This document shows, one piece after another, positions 8,584 through 18,101 of a stretch of 32,000 nt of DNA. Under the pieces are notes generated by a model, which was not told where the DNA came from, searched no databases, and worked only from the letters and a program-made list of their open reading frames with translations. Numbering within the stretch: the first letter of the stretch is position 1; each line of letters starts with the position of its first letter. The translations under genes were made by a program, and so were the position numbers. Source of the DNA: an uncultured archaeon (lineage in GTDB: Archaea > Asgardarchaeota > Jordiarchaeia > Jordiarchaeales > Jordiarchaeaceae); assembly GCA_964510585.1 (NCBI GenBank), contig CAZECW010000099.1, positions 1 through 32,000 on the forward strand. Direction: 5' to 3'.

Positions 8584-8862
8584 AGTTTTTCTTTGAATTT
8601 TTCTTTTTCGTTTCTGGGAACCAGCCTCTTTTCCCGCCTTTTTTTGGGGGGAAGGGTGTAAATAGTTCCGCCTCATAGCTGTTTAAGAAAAAAGAGGAAA
8701 CCTGTGGTGCTTTCTGCCTTGTTTGTGAATTCTGCCAAATGGAATATGGTTGATGTGGGGTGTGGTGGGGGGTTGGCTGTTTAAAATTTTCAGTTTTGTT
8801 GCTTGTGGGGTTGGTATACCTTGTTTTTTGCTGGTAGGGGGATTTAGATTTACAGGAAGCTA

Positions 8863-8958
8863 GATACATACAGATATATGTTTTATTATGTTGATACATA
8901 TATATAGTTAATTTTATATGTTAGTTTGTACAATTTATGAGTACAATTATTAATGGAG
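8863..8958 (+). promoter_or_regulatory. Promoter/RBS region of the methyltransferase operon
   Basis: AT-rich TATA-like tract, GATACATA x2 (8863, 8893), GTACAATT x2 (8928, 8941) and a GGAGGA RBS before ATG 8969. Confidence 0.45.
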
Positions 8959-8968
8959 GAGAAACGGA

Positions 8969-10465
8969 ATGCCCAAACCCGGTGTTCCTTTACCGTCACG
9001 TGGATTATGGAAATTGCTGGATAAAGAAGAATTGGATATAATTGATGCCGCAGGTTACAAAATTCTGAAAGATGTGGGCGTCTTCATAGATGACGAAGGA
9101 TTACTGAAGATGGCGGAGGAAATGGGATGCAAAGTAGACTATGGAAAGAAGGTGGTCACAGAGATTCCCGAACACATAATTAAAGAGAATGTGCGCAAGG
9201 CTCCCAGAAGCTTCCTATTGGCGGGTAGAGTTCCGGAATGGGATGTCGTCATTGAGGGCCCTGCAAGAAAGCAGTTCTGGTCAGTAGAAAGCGGAGCCAC
9301 AGATTTCCTTGAGTGGGATAAAGAGAAGAAGAGATATTATCGGAGGAGAGCAAGTGCAAAAGATGTTTTGTATGGAGCCAAAATCGTTGACGGTATAGAT
9401 GACTTCGATTTCAACATTTATATTTGGGATGCTGCTGAAGAGGGACAAAAAGGACTACCCTCAGAACTCAACAAGATGAACGCCATGCTTCAGGGCACTG
9501 TGAAGTGGGCCGGCCACCTCTGCACAACAGTTTCTAAAATTGAGGAATATGATTATGTGGAGAGGCTGGGTGAACAGGTAGCTGGAGGCGCAGAGGAGCT
9601 AAGGAAGAGGCCGCTCTTCTGGACCGTGTACAACTATATTGGTACACTGCAGTTGAACAGGTTTAATAGCTGGTTGTTTAGGGCATCAGTTAAACACCAC
9701 TGGCCAATAATGCCCGCCGTGACTGCTGCCGCACCTCTACAAGGCCCAGCTATGGCCGCCGGAAACACGGCAATTAGCCACGCAGGGGTACTCTTTATGC
9801 TAGCGCTCAAACAGTTCCACGACCCAGGCATAGCGGCTGCGGTGAACAACATAGTTTTCTGTTTGGATCCTTGGACGGGAAGAGGAGGTGCTTATTCTCC
9901 GCATTTTCTGTTCGGCTCGGGTGCTATGAATCAGTTGTGGCATGAACTCTACGGGCTTCCGACCACACAGTATGGTGGCACATTTGCTGCAAGTCTTGAC
10001 CAGCAAATCTTTAATCTTTCGAGATGGATGGCTTTGCAAATGGCGATGGGGACAGACATGATCTTTATACAGTGTGGAACAGAGGCCTTTGATCCTGCAT
10101 TGATACCTATAACTGCTGAGATAGCAAGGGCGGGTAGATGCACCATGGCTGAATTTGATCAGATTATGCCTACGCCTGAGAACCTTGCCCTTGACGTGAT
10201 TAAAGAGGTTGGGGTCAAGGGAGAGAAATGGATGACACACAAGTATAACCTTGATCGTATGAAGAGGTTCCCCAAAGCTTTCTGTCTTGATGATAGAGCC
10301 TTTGATGCCTGGCTGCAAGCTGGTGCGCCCTCGTGGGCTTATGATATTTGCAGGGAGAAACTGAAAGAGTTAGAGAAGCATGAACCAGAGCCACTGCCTA
10401 AGGATGTGGTTGAGCGGATGAACGCTATTGTGAAAGAGGGAAATGAGAAGCTGAAGGTGAGATAA
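8969..10465 (+). CDS. mttB: Non-pyrrolysine trimethylamine methyltransferase (MttB)-superfamily methyltransferase (MT1)
   Basis: 498 aa with no in-frame TAG. N-terminal ILKDVGV...KAPRSFLLAGR and C-terminal DDRAFDAW...HEPEPLPKDV patterns fit the MttB family; adjacent to a corrinoid protein gene. Confidence 0.85.
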   Translation: MPKPGVPLPSRGLWKLLDKEELDIIDAAGYKILKDVGVFIDDEGLLKMAEEMGCKVDYGKKVVTEIPEHIIKENVRKAPRSFLLAGRVPEWDVVIEGPARKQFWSVESGATDFLEWDKEKKRYYRRRASAKDVLYGAKIVDGIDDFDFNIYIWDAAEEGQKGLPSELNKMNAMLQGTVKWAGHLCTTVSKIEEYDYVERLGEQVAGGAEELRKRPLFWTVYNYIGTLQLNRFNSWLFRASVKHHWPIMPAVTAAAPLQGPAMAAGNTAISHAGVLFMLALKQFHDPGIAAAVNNIVFCLDPWTGRGGAYSPHFLFGSGAMNQLWHELYGLPTTQYGGTFAASLDQQIFNLSRWMALQMAMGTDMIFIQCGTEAFDPALIPITAEIARAGRCTMAEFDQIMPTPENLALDVIKEVGVKGEKWMTHKYNLDRMKRFPKAFCLDDRAFDAWLQAGAPSWAYDICREKLKELEKHEPEPLPKDVVERMNAIVKEGNEKLKVR

Positions 10466-10468
10466 GAG

Positions 10469-11131
10469 GTGTCTGAGAAGGAAAAGATCTTGAAAAAGTT
10501 GGCAGAGGCGGTCGTGAATTTTGATGAGGCCGCAGCTATGGCTGCTGTGGATGAAGCGATTAAGGCGAATATTAATCCTGTCGATGCTCTCACTAAGGGA
10601 CTTACTGTGGGTATTAAGGAAGTCGGTGATAAGTTCGGGAGAGGCGAAATTCCCTTACCCTTCTTAATGTTGTCCGCTCAGGTTATGGAAAAGGCTTCTG
10701 AAAAGCTCCAGCAACACATTCCGAAGGAAGAGGTTCCCGAACCCTTAGGTGTAATGGTGATTGGAACCGTTGAAGGTGACATACATAACTTAGGCACAAA
10801 CATTGTTACCGCAGTATTCAGCGCGTCAGGAATTAAAATGTACAATATTGGCGTTGACCAGCCGGTTGACAACTTTATCAAGAAAGCTCTAGAAGTGGAT
10901 GCGGATATTATTGGGGCGTCAGCACTTATGAGCAACACACTTCAGCAGCAAAAGTTTCTCGGCGAGGCCCTTAAGAAAAGGGGGCTCAGAGACCGGTTCA
11001 TATATATGGTGGGCGGTGGAGCCTTTCCCGGTGAAGAATGGTTAAAGGAAGTAGGCGCCGACGACTATGCTACTGACGTAATTATTGGGCTGGAAAAGGC
11101 CAAAAAACTCCTAGAAAAAATAAAAGAATAA
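10469..11131 (+). CDS. Methyltransferase cognate corrinoid protein
   Basis: N-terminal cap domain, B12-binding GDIHNLG (DxHxxG), SALM and VGGG motifs. Confidence 0.93.
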   Translation: MSEKEKILKKLAEAVVNFDEAAAMAAVDEAIKANINPVDALTKGLTVGIKEVGDKFGRGEIPLPFLMLSAQVMEKASEKLQQHIPKEEVPEPLGVMVIGTVEGDIHNLGTNIVTAVFSASGIKMYNIGVDQPVDNFIKKALEVDADIIGASALMSNTLQQQKFLGEALKKRGLRDRFIYMVGGGAFPGEEWLKEVGADDYATDVIIGLEKAKKLLEKIKE

Positions 11132-11240
11132 CAACGGAGTAGAAGACACCACACATCCACTCCTTTTCTTTTTTTATTTTAAATTCAAAAAGTTTTAGTG
11201 GAACTAATTAAGGGAAGAGCTTTATGGGTGAGAGTTTGGC

Positions 11241-13175
11241 ATGGCTTTAGAAGCGGAGGTTACTTTTCAGCCTGAGGGTAAACGTGTGAGGGTTAAACTT
11301 GGCGAAACGGTATTAGAGGCGGCTAAACGTGTGGGCGCTGATCTAACCTCAATTTGTGGGGGCGAGCGCACTTGTGGAAAATGTAGAGTCATAGTTGGGA
11401 GGGGGGAAAACACGGGCTCCATAATGGATGTGGAGAGAAAATTTTTATCCTCAGAAGAGATAACTGCAGGTTATAGATTGGCTTGCTGCACACAGGTTAG
11501 GGGTAACCTCACAGTTAGAATACCGGAGGAGAGTAGGACTGGCCGCCAGAGGCTTCAAGTTGAGGGGATAGAAACTCCGGTGAAGCTAGAACCACTCATC
11601 AACAAATACTTTCTTAGACTGTCGAAACCATCCCTCCAAGATCCCAAGGCTGACTTTGAAAAACTGTTAGAAGAATTACAGTCTCAATACGGTCTTAAGG
11701 ATTTGGAAATAAGTTTCGATATTCTCCAAAAGCTGCCAATCATTTTAAGGGAAGGTGAATGGAAGGTAACGGTCACCACTTGGCGGAATGAGGTAATAAT
11801 CGGTGTGGAGCCTGGGGATAAGACACACAGAATCTTTGGGTACGCTGTGGACATTGGAACCACGAAACTCGCAGGGTATCTCCTTGACCTAACTACGGGG
11901 AGGGTGGTTGCTGTGGACTCTTTGATGAATCCGCAGATACCATACGGCGAAGACGTCATAACAAGAATTACTTATGCAACGAAGGGAGTCGAGGAGCAAA
12001 AGGAACTCCAACGAGTAATTGTCAATGGTGTAAACCAGCTCCTTAAAGGACTCCTGGAAAAGACAGATGTTAAGCCAGAAGAAGTTTACGAGATGGTTGT
12101 GGTGGGCAATACTGCTATGCATCACCTCTTCCTGAACATTTGCCCCAAATTTTTAGCTTTATCACCGTACCCTCCTGCCATTAAAAGGGGATTGGATGTT
12201 AACGCAGAAAAAATTGGGGTGCGGATTAATCCGAATGGTAATGTTCATGTTCTTCCTGTGATAGCGGGGTTTGTGGGAGCCGACGCTGTTGCTGTAATTT
12301 TGGCAACAGAGATGTACAAAAGAGACGAACTTTGTATGGCGTTAGATATTGGGACAAATACAGAGGTTTTTTTGGGAAATAAAGAGGGGATATTTGCGTG
12401 TTCCTGTGCTTCTGGCCCTGCTCTTGAGGGGGCTCGCATAAAGTATGGGATGAGGGCGGCAAGTGGCGCAATTGAGAGGGTGAAAATAGATCCCAATACT
12501 CTCGCAGTTAATTATTGGACTATAGATAATGATAGGCCTCATGGGATTTGTGGCTCCGCTATGGTAGATATTTTAGCGGAGATGTTGAAGGCCGGAATAA
12601 TAGATGTTTCAGGGGTTATGAATAGAAACTTGGCCTCAGATAGGTTGCGTTCTGGAAAGGCGGGGCTTGAGTTCGTATTGGCTTGGAAGGAGGAAGCTGC
12701 TACAAAGGAGGACATAGTTTTCACCCAGAACGACGTTAAGGAAATTATTTTGGCAAAATCAGCTATACACACGGGAACCATGACGCTTATGAGAAAGAAG
12801 GGCATAGTTGAGGCGGATATAGATATACTCTTCATAGCTGGGGCCTTCGGCTCCTATATAGACCCGGAAAACGCGAGAATAATAGGTATGTATCCTGAGG
12901 TACCACTGGAGAAGGTGAAGATAGTAGGTAATGCTGCGGGGACTGGGGCAAGGATGGCCCTAGTTTCCAGTACAGCCAGAAACACTACTGAAGAAATATC
13001 GAGAAAGGTGAATTATGTAGAGCTTGCTGCGGAACCCAATTTTCAATCAGAGTTCCTTAACTCGTACTTCTTACCTTACGCAGACCTGTCGAAGTATCCA
13101 CAGACCAGCGAGCTACTAAAAAAATTGGGAAGGTACCCCAAAAGGCCCCCAGTCTATTTTCCAAGTAAAACCTAA
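11241..13175 (+). CDS. Reductive activator of corrinoid proteins (RACo/RamA-like; 2Fe-2S + ASKHA ATPase)
   Basis: CGGERTCGKC...LACC ferredoxin domain, VDIGTTK, LDIGTNTE, GICGS, AGAFGSYI and GNAAGTGA. Confidence 0.93.
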   Translation: MALEAEVTFQPEGKRVRVKLGETVLEAAKRVGADLTSICGGERTCGKCRVIVGRGENTGSIMDVERKFLSSEEITAGYRLACCTQVRGNLTVRIPEESRTGRQRLQVEGIETPVKLEPLINKYFLRLSKPSLQDPKADFEKLLEELQSQYGLKDLEISFDILQKLPIILREGEWKVTVTTWRNEVIIGVEPGDKTHRIFGYAVDIGTTKLAGYLLDLTTGRVVAVDSLMNPQIPYGEDVITRITYATKGVEEQKELQRVIVNGVNQLLKGLLEKTDVKPEEVYEMVVVGNTAMHHLFLNICPKFLALSPYPPAIKRGLDVNAEKIGVRINPNGNVHVLPVIAGFVGADAVAVILATEMYKRDELCMALDIGTNTEVFLGNKEGIFACSCASGPALEGARIKYGMRAASGAIERVKIDPNTLAVNYWTIDNDRPHGICGSAMVDILAEMLKAGIIDVSGVMNRNLASDRLRSGKAGLEFVLAWKEEAATKEDIVFTQNDVKEIILAKSAIHTGTMTLMRKKGIVEADIDILFIAGAFGSYIDPENARIIGMYPEVPLEKVKIVGNAAGTGARMALVSSTARNTTEEISRKVNYVELAAEPNFQSEFLNSYFLPYADLSKYPQTSELLKKLGRYPKRPPVYFPSKT

Positions 13176-13309
13176 GTATATATTTTACTTTAAGTAGTGT
13201 CGCTCAATTAGTTGTTTGAAGCGGGATGAGAGATAATTAAAAATTGTTTGAAGGATGAAAATTGACATATTGTATTTTGATGATAGTTAAATTATTAGTT
13301 ATGTGTTAG

Positions 13310-14233
13310 GTGATGAGTTTGTTCAAATTTGAGAGAGAACAAAAAATTTTTGATGTGGCCGGCGTCAAAATTGGAGGACAGCCGGGGCAGCTCCCCACTG
13401 TAATGATTGGAACCATTTTCTATCATAAAGATAAAATTGTGAAAGACGAAAAGACTGGAGAATTTGACAAGGAAAGCGCAGAAAAACTTCTAAAGGCTGA
13501 GGAGGAAATATCTTCCAAAACTGGGAACCCCAGAATAGTTGACGTTTGCTCTTCATGGCCTCAGGCCTTTGAGAAATTCATTGACTTCGTGGCAGACAGG
13601 ATTGATGGACCGTTTTGCATTGATGGAACAACTGCTGATGTTAGGATGGCTGGAGCTAAATATGTTGGGGAAACCGGCTTGGCAGAACGCGTTATTTATA
13701 ATTCGATAGCTCCAGAAATTAAGGAGGCTGAGATTTCAGCAATTAAAGAGGCGAAAATAAAAACTGCAATATTACTGCTGCTTAACACAGAAAAGCCACT
13801 TATCGCTGGGAGATTAGAGGTAATTGACAAATTACTGGAGAAGGCAAGAATGACAGGCGTAGAGAAAATACTCATAGACACAGCGGTATTTGACATACAG
13901 GACCCCGGACCCACGGGCAAAACCATTTATTTAGTTAAGGAAAGGTATGGTTACCCAGCAGGATGCGGAGCCCATAACGCCATAGATATATGGAACAAAC
14001 GCAGAAAGCTAAGCCCAGAAACATATTTTGCCAGCAGTCTAGTCGCCAACATTCTACCCGTAGTCATGGGAGCCAACTTCATGCTATACGGCCCCATTAA
14101 AAACGCATCCAAAATATACGTTCCCGTTGCAGTTACAGACGCATACGTAGCCTACACCATGTGGCAGGAACACAATTATATGCCCTCAACAAAGAACCAC
14201 CCCTTCTTCAATTTAAGTAGAATAGCCACTTAA
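13310..14233 (+). CDS. mtrH: Stand-alone MtrH-like methyl-corrinoid:pterin methyltransferase (MT2)
   Basis: FKFEREQKIFDVAGVKIGGQPGQLPTVMIGTIFY, GCGAHNA and LYGPI; no mtrA-G genes nearby. Confidence 0.9.
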   Translation: MMSLFKFEREQKIFDVAGVKIGGQPGQLPTVMIGTIFYHKDKIVKDEKTGEFDKESAEKLLKAEEEISSKTGNPRIVDVCSSWPQAFEKFIDFVADRIDGPFCIDGTTADVRMAGAKYVGETGLAERVIYNSIAPEIKEAEISAIKEAKIKTAILLLLNTEKPLIAGRLEVIDKLLEKARMTGVEKILIDTAVFDIQDPGPTGKTIYLVKERYGYPAGCGAHNAIDIWNKRRKLSPETYFASSLVANILPVVMGANFMLYGPIKNASKIYVPVAVTDAYVAYTMWQEHNYMPSTKNHPFFNLSRIAT

Positions 14234-14632
14234 ACCATCAATTAAAGAGGTTATAATAATGTGGAAAAGTCCCTATTAGTGTTCCTTTTTGGAACATGCG
14301 GCATAAAATTAAACCATGTCGTTCCTTCAGACAACCAAAATATTTGGCACTCCTTAAATTAATCCCCCCTATTTTTCTAAACCATTTATTAGAGCGGAGC
14401 TATTGTCCGAACTAAGAATTAATTTTCCAAGAGTTTGTAATATTTTTCTTGTTTTGGATGGTGACTTCATAAAAGCAACATACATTACGTAGTCTTCAAG
14501 TAGATAACCGCCAACCTGTTTTGCGACCTGTTCATTGTTTTATTTTTGTGCAACCCTTTAGATGGGGGAGAAAAATTGAGCTAACTCCGCTGCTGCCTGA
14601 AGGAAATTGGTTTGGCGATTCGGATTTTTTGT

Positions 14633-15046
14633 TCAAAGTTTTTGGGGCGGTATTCTTTCTATTTCTTCTACCTTATCGTAGATGGTATCCGTTGATATTA
14701 TTTTTTTATCTGTTAGTAGCGTCGTTGAGGCGTGGAGGGAGTCGAAATATGTTAGTCCAGCTATTTTGCTGCGTAGCTCTGAGGCTTTGAGTATGATCTC
14801 TGAGGTTAATTTTTTCTCGTCTAAGTGAGGGTATCTTCGGAAGGCTGAAATTTCGGCTCTTATATCATCTTCGGGGTATCCTTTTGATTTATGGATTAGC
14901 TCGTATTCTAGGTAAGCCGATGTTGCAACTGAGATGTTTTTTATCCTTTTTTCCTTGATTTTTAGGAATATGCTGTCCGCCACGTTGTGGAGATTATCTG
15001 AAGAGTTTACTAGTGCTATTAGTATGTCAACCTCTATTATGGGCAT
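14633..15046 (-). CDS. vapC: VapC-like PIN-domain toxin
   Basis: IIEVDILIA, YLEYE, YFDSLHA and STD acidic PIN motifs; ATG 15046 overlaps the antitoxin end. Confidence 0.85.
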   Translation of the reverse strand: MPIIEVDILIALVNSSDNLHNVADSIFLKIKEKRIKNISVATSAYLEYELIHKSKGYPEDDIRAEISAFRRYPHLDEKKLTSEIILKASELRSKIAGLTYFDSLHASTTLLTDKKIISTDTIYDKVEEIERIPPQKL

Positions 15047-15299
15047 GTTTTTCACGCCCAGCTTCACTTTCAATTATTGAGTCTGCCAGATGCTCAACTT
15101 TTTCATATGTGGTGTTTGGATCTTTTCTCTTTCCTTTGAGGAAAGCGTAGGGGTCTTGTAGTACTCGGATTTGGAGTAGACCCTCCTCCTTCTTGATGAC
15201 TTGCCATTCGAGTTTGTCTCCGGTTCTAATTTTCATCAGCTGTCTTATTTTGCTGGGAATAGTTGTTAAACCCTTTTTGCTAACCGTACTAGTTTCCAC
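15027..15299 (-). CDS. AbrB/MazE/SpoVT-family antitoxin
   Basis: STVSKKGLTTIPSKIRQLMKIRTGDKLEW is a swapped-hairpin signature; it lies directly upstream of the PIN gene. Confidence 0.88.
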   Translation of the reverse strand: METSTVSKKGLTTIPSKIRQLMKIRTGDKLEWQVIKKEEGLLQIRVLQDPYAFLKGKRKDPNTTYEKVEHLADSIIESEAGREKHAHNRG

Positions 15300-15452
15300 T
15301 AAGAAACCTCCAAATTCTAAGAAAAAAATAAATTCTAAGTATATAACTTTTGCCTAGAAAAAAGTTTATCCCACAATCTTAACAGTTGCTGTTTCTCTGG
15401 CAATGCGATAAGGGGTCGTAGCTTCAGGATGAAATCCTATTTTTTGGTTAAT

Positions 15453-15779
15453 TTATATTGACAGTATTAGAATGGTGAATGTGAATTGTTGTTGGGCGAG
15501 ATATTGGTAAATCATGTAGTAAAGGTAAAGCCCTAGGTACTGGGTTATTCCCCCCATGGTTTCTGCGATGATTGGAAGAAACCATTCCCATCTAACGGAT
15601 ATTCCAATAACGAGGAGACATACAATCAGAGCTATGGCGGGCCCTGTGCGGTGATAGGAGGTTATCAGTTTTAGTAGGTTCCAGACGAAAAGAACTAGTC
15701 CTACTATGAAAAGAATCCCGAAGATTAGATTTAATATGTCGTGCACTAGTGGATTAAAGAGTATCCAATATACGTCCAT
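15453..15779 (-). CDS. Hypothetical small membrane protein (about 3 TM)
   Basis: Hydrophobic ORF; probable ATG 15779 after a purine-rich RBS. Confidence 0.6.
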   Translation of the reverse strand: MDVYWILFNPLVHDILNLIFGILFIVGLVLFVWNLLKLITSYHRTGPAIALIVCLLVIGISVRWEWFLPIIAETMGGITQYLGLYLYYMIYQYLAQQQFTFTILILSI

Positions 15780-16058
15780 ATCTGAGGCCTCTCTTCCCAA
15801 TTTTGAACGGAGGATATATAAGCCCCACGAAAATGAGTTTAACAACAAAAAGAAGTAGTACCTGAACCGCACCATTTATGAAACTGTTGCCGCCCCCGTC
15901 TGGAAATGGAAGCGTGAATGCTTGCCATTTTTATGCGTATTGCTTTTTTGCAATCACCGAAATGGTTTTAACCTCTGCCTAGTTTACAGATTATTTATCG
16001 TAAGTAACGTATTCTCTCTGTAATTTTTCTTGTCATTGGTTGTTTGAAGGGTTATTAG

Positions 16059-17231
16059 ATGTGTCCTGAGAAATTTTGGAAACGCGAAGACGGAAAAGAG
16101 GGTTGGAAAGATGAGGAAATGGCTGACTTGTATTGGCATATTGACACTCCGGAGTACGTTATTCGTGGAGCGGTGATAGCAAGCATTCCCCAAGGGATTC
16201 TTCCTCCAAGTTTATTCGTTTTCGCGACTTGGACTAATAGTGGAGTAAACTTCTCATATTTTGTTTCGCCAGAAAAAGATTTAGACTTGGAGTATGCCAG
16301 GAGAAACGGTGTCTCAGTGGGTGTTCGCGGAACCGTAACTGGCGGCTGCTCCTGGACTGATAAGGGGAGCCCGGGTAACGCGGTGGGATTTAGTAGAAAC
16401 CATCCTAAGTGCCCCTCCTCCTTGAGTGAGCTTTATAGAATAGTTTTTACAGCCTATGCTGACGCCATCAGTGAAGAGTACGGTGTTAAAACCAGATTCA
16501 GACCCATAAACGACATTGAGATTCTGTGTGATGATGGTGTGTGGAGGAAGTTTGGTTTGGCTGGTGGATTGGAGTCTTCGAGTTTTCTAGCTGTTGGAAA
16601 CTCTGTACAATTAACTGAAGTTCCTTGGGACTTGGTGGACAAGGTTATAATTCCGCCCCCCGAAAAGTTTGCAGACAAGGAAACCAAAACCCTCAGAGAC
16701 CGGTCAACATTCTTCAACAAAGTGGTGGGAAGAGAGGTATCCTTTGAGGAGCTAGAGACGATTCTTAAGAAGGGAGTAGAGAGGGCTTTTAATGTTACCT
16801 TCATTCCAACCAAAATTTATTGGGAAGACATCCCGTTCTACAACAGTATCAAGAAGCTACTCACCTCCGAAGACTGGTTTTACGCCAGAACGGAACGAAA
16901 AAAGTTCCAAAACACACCAATAACCCCTGAGGTAAAAAGGGGGGAAGCATTGGAAAAGATTCCCCAAGGTCCATTGGTGAGGGTAACTGTTCTGGTGAGG
17001 AACGAAAAAATATACAATATTTTAATCACCGGCTCAATACATGCAACCCCAATAATACCAGAATCCCCAATAGATGCTATGGAAAGAGAAATCCAAGGAG
17101 TACCAGCAGAAAAAAATTCAGTAGGAGAAAAAGTGGAAAAAATATTCAACACAGAATCCTACCAGATAATGAATATTACACCAGAACAGTTCACAGAAAT
17201 CATAATGAAGGCAATCAAAGCAGCATCATAA
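16059..17231 (+). CDS. Divergent lipoate-protein ligase family protein (catalytic + C-terminal domain)
   Basis: EKDLDLEYARRNGV, TGG, RPINDIE...RKF, DKETKTLRDR and a C-terminal GLVRV...ITG-type domain. Confidence 0.8.
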   Translation: MCPEKFWKREDGKEGWKDEEMADLYWHIDTPEYVIRGAVIASIPQGILPPSLFVFATWTNSGVNFSYFVSPEKDLDLEYARRNGVSVGVRGTVTGGCSWTDKGSPGNAVGFSRNHPKCPSSLSELYRIVFTAYADAISEEYGVKTRFRPINDIEILCDDGVWRKFGLAGGLESSSFLAVGNSVQLTEVPWDLVDKVIIPPPEKFADKETKTLRDRSTFFNKVVGREVSFEELETILKKGVERAFNVTFIPTKIYWEDIPFYNSIKKLLTSEDWFYARTERKKFQNTPITPEVKRGEALEKIPQGPLVRVTVLVRNEKIYNILITGSIHATPIIPESPIDAMEREIQGVPAEKNSVGEKVEKIFNTESYQIMNITPEQFTEIIMKAIKAAS

Positions 17232-17487
17232 AAAGACAAACTGCAGCACAGAATCACCCACGCTCTGGTTTCAGACAGCCTCAAGCTTTTATACGTCAAG
17301 TTTCGTATTTCTGTCTTTGTGGATTTCCATCTTTCCCCATTTTATTTTTGCTGTGCTGAGGCATTAAATTTATGGTAGGCTGAGTGAATTAATGGTATTT
17401 TTTGTTATAGTTACATGGTTAATGATAAGATTTAATAGAAGTTTTCTGCTTTATTTTTATTTAAGCAGTGACCTGGGGATCTTTTTA

Positions 17488-17985
17488 ATGATTCATAGTT
17501 TCTACCTGTTCAGAAAGAGTGGTGAGTGTGTTATCTACAGGTCTTATGGAGAATCTGAAATAGATGAAAATCTGGTTTCAGGATTTTTGGGAGCTGCATT
17601 TTCTTTTGGAAGTAAGGTTAGTGGGCGGAATATTGAGAGTGTATTTTTGAAGGACAAAAAGTTTGTTTTCCTAACCAAGGATAACCTCATTTTCGGGGCA
17701 TACGCAGATGAAAATGACACGGTTAAAGAAGAGCTCGAAATCATCAGAGACGAGTTCATTGGAACCTATGGCAACCTGGAAGACTGGGACGGAAACCGAG
17801 ACCGGTTCCTAGACTTTCTTCCAAAACTAGACAGTATCATCGGCTCATCAGGAAAAAAAGCTCCCCACACACTACTAGACAGTTTCATACAAAAAATACA
17901 AACCGGAGAAACATGGGCAATAAAAGAATCATTAGACAAATGGATAGACTCCTTAAAAGAAAAAATCAGAAAAGCTGAGGAATAA
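17488..17985 (+). CDS. Longin-like domain protein
   Basis: MIHSFYLFRKSGECV...DENLVSGFLGA...WDGNRDRF pattern. True start likely ATG 17488; the upstream extension is low-complexity. Confidence 0.72.
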   Translation: MIHSFYLFRKSGECVIYRSYGESEIDENLVSGFLGAAFSFGSKVSGRNIESVFLKDKKFVFLTKDNLIFGAYADENDTVKEELEIIRDEFIGTYGNLEDWDGNRDRFLDFLPKLDSIIGSSGKKAPHTLLDSFIQKIQTGETWAIKESLDKWIDSLKEKIRKAEE

Positions 17986-18101
17986 AATCTGCTCCATAAT
18001 GGGAAAGACCAGGAGAACAGCAGAAATCAACATAACTTAGATGGGGATTCCCTGCCCAAATTGCAACACCAATGAATTTTGAATTCCTAATCCTTTCCTC
18101 T

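Noticed and set aside
8079-8899. ORFs 8079-8348 (+) and 8561-8899 (-)
   Set aside because: Low-complexity Phe/Gly/Cys or Gln/Pro/Thr/Lys products of extremely G+T-skewed intergenic DNA.
15369-15452. In-frame continuation past the stop of the small membrane gene
   Set aside because: TAA stop with no homology evidence for an extension.
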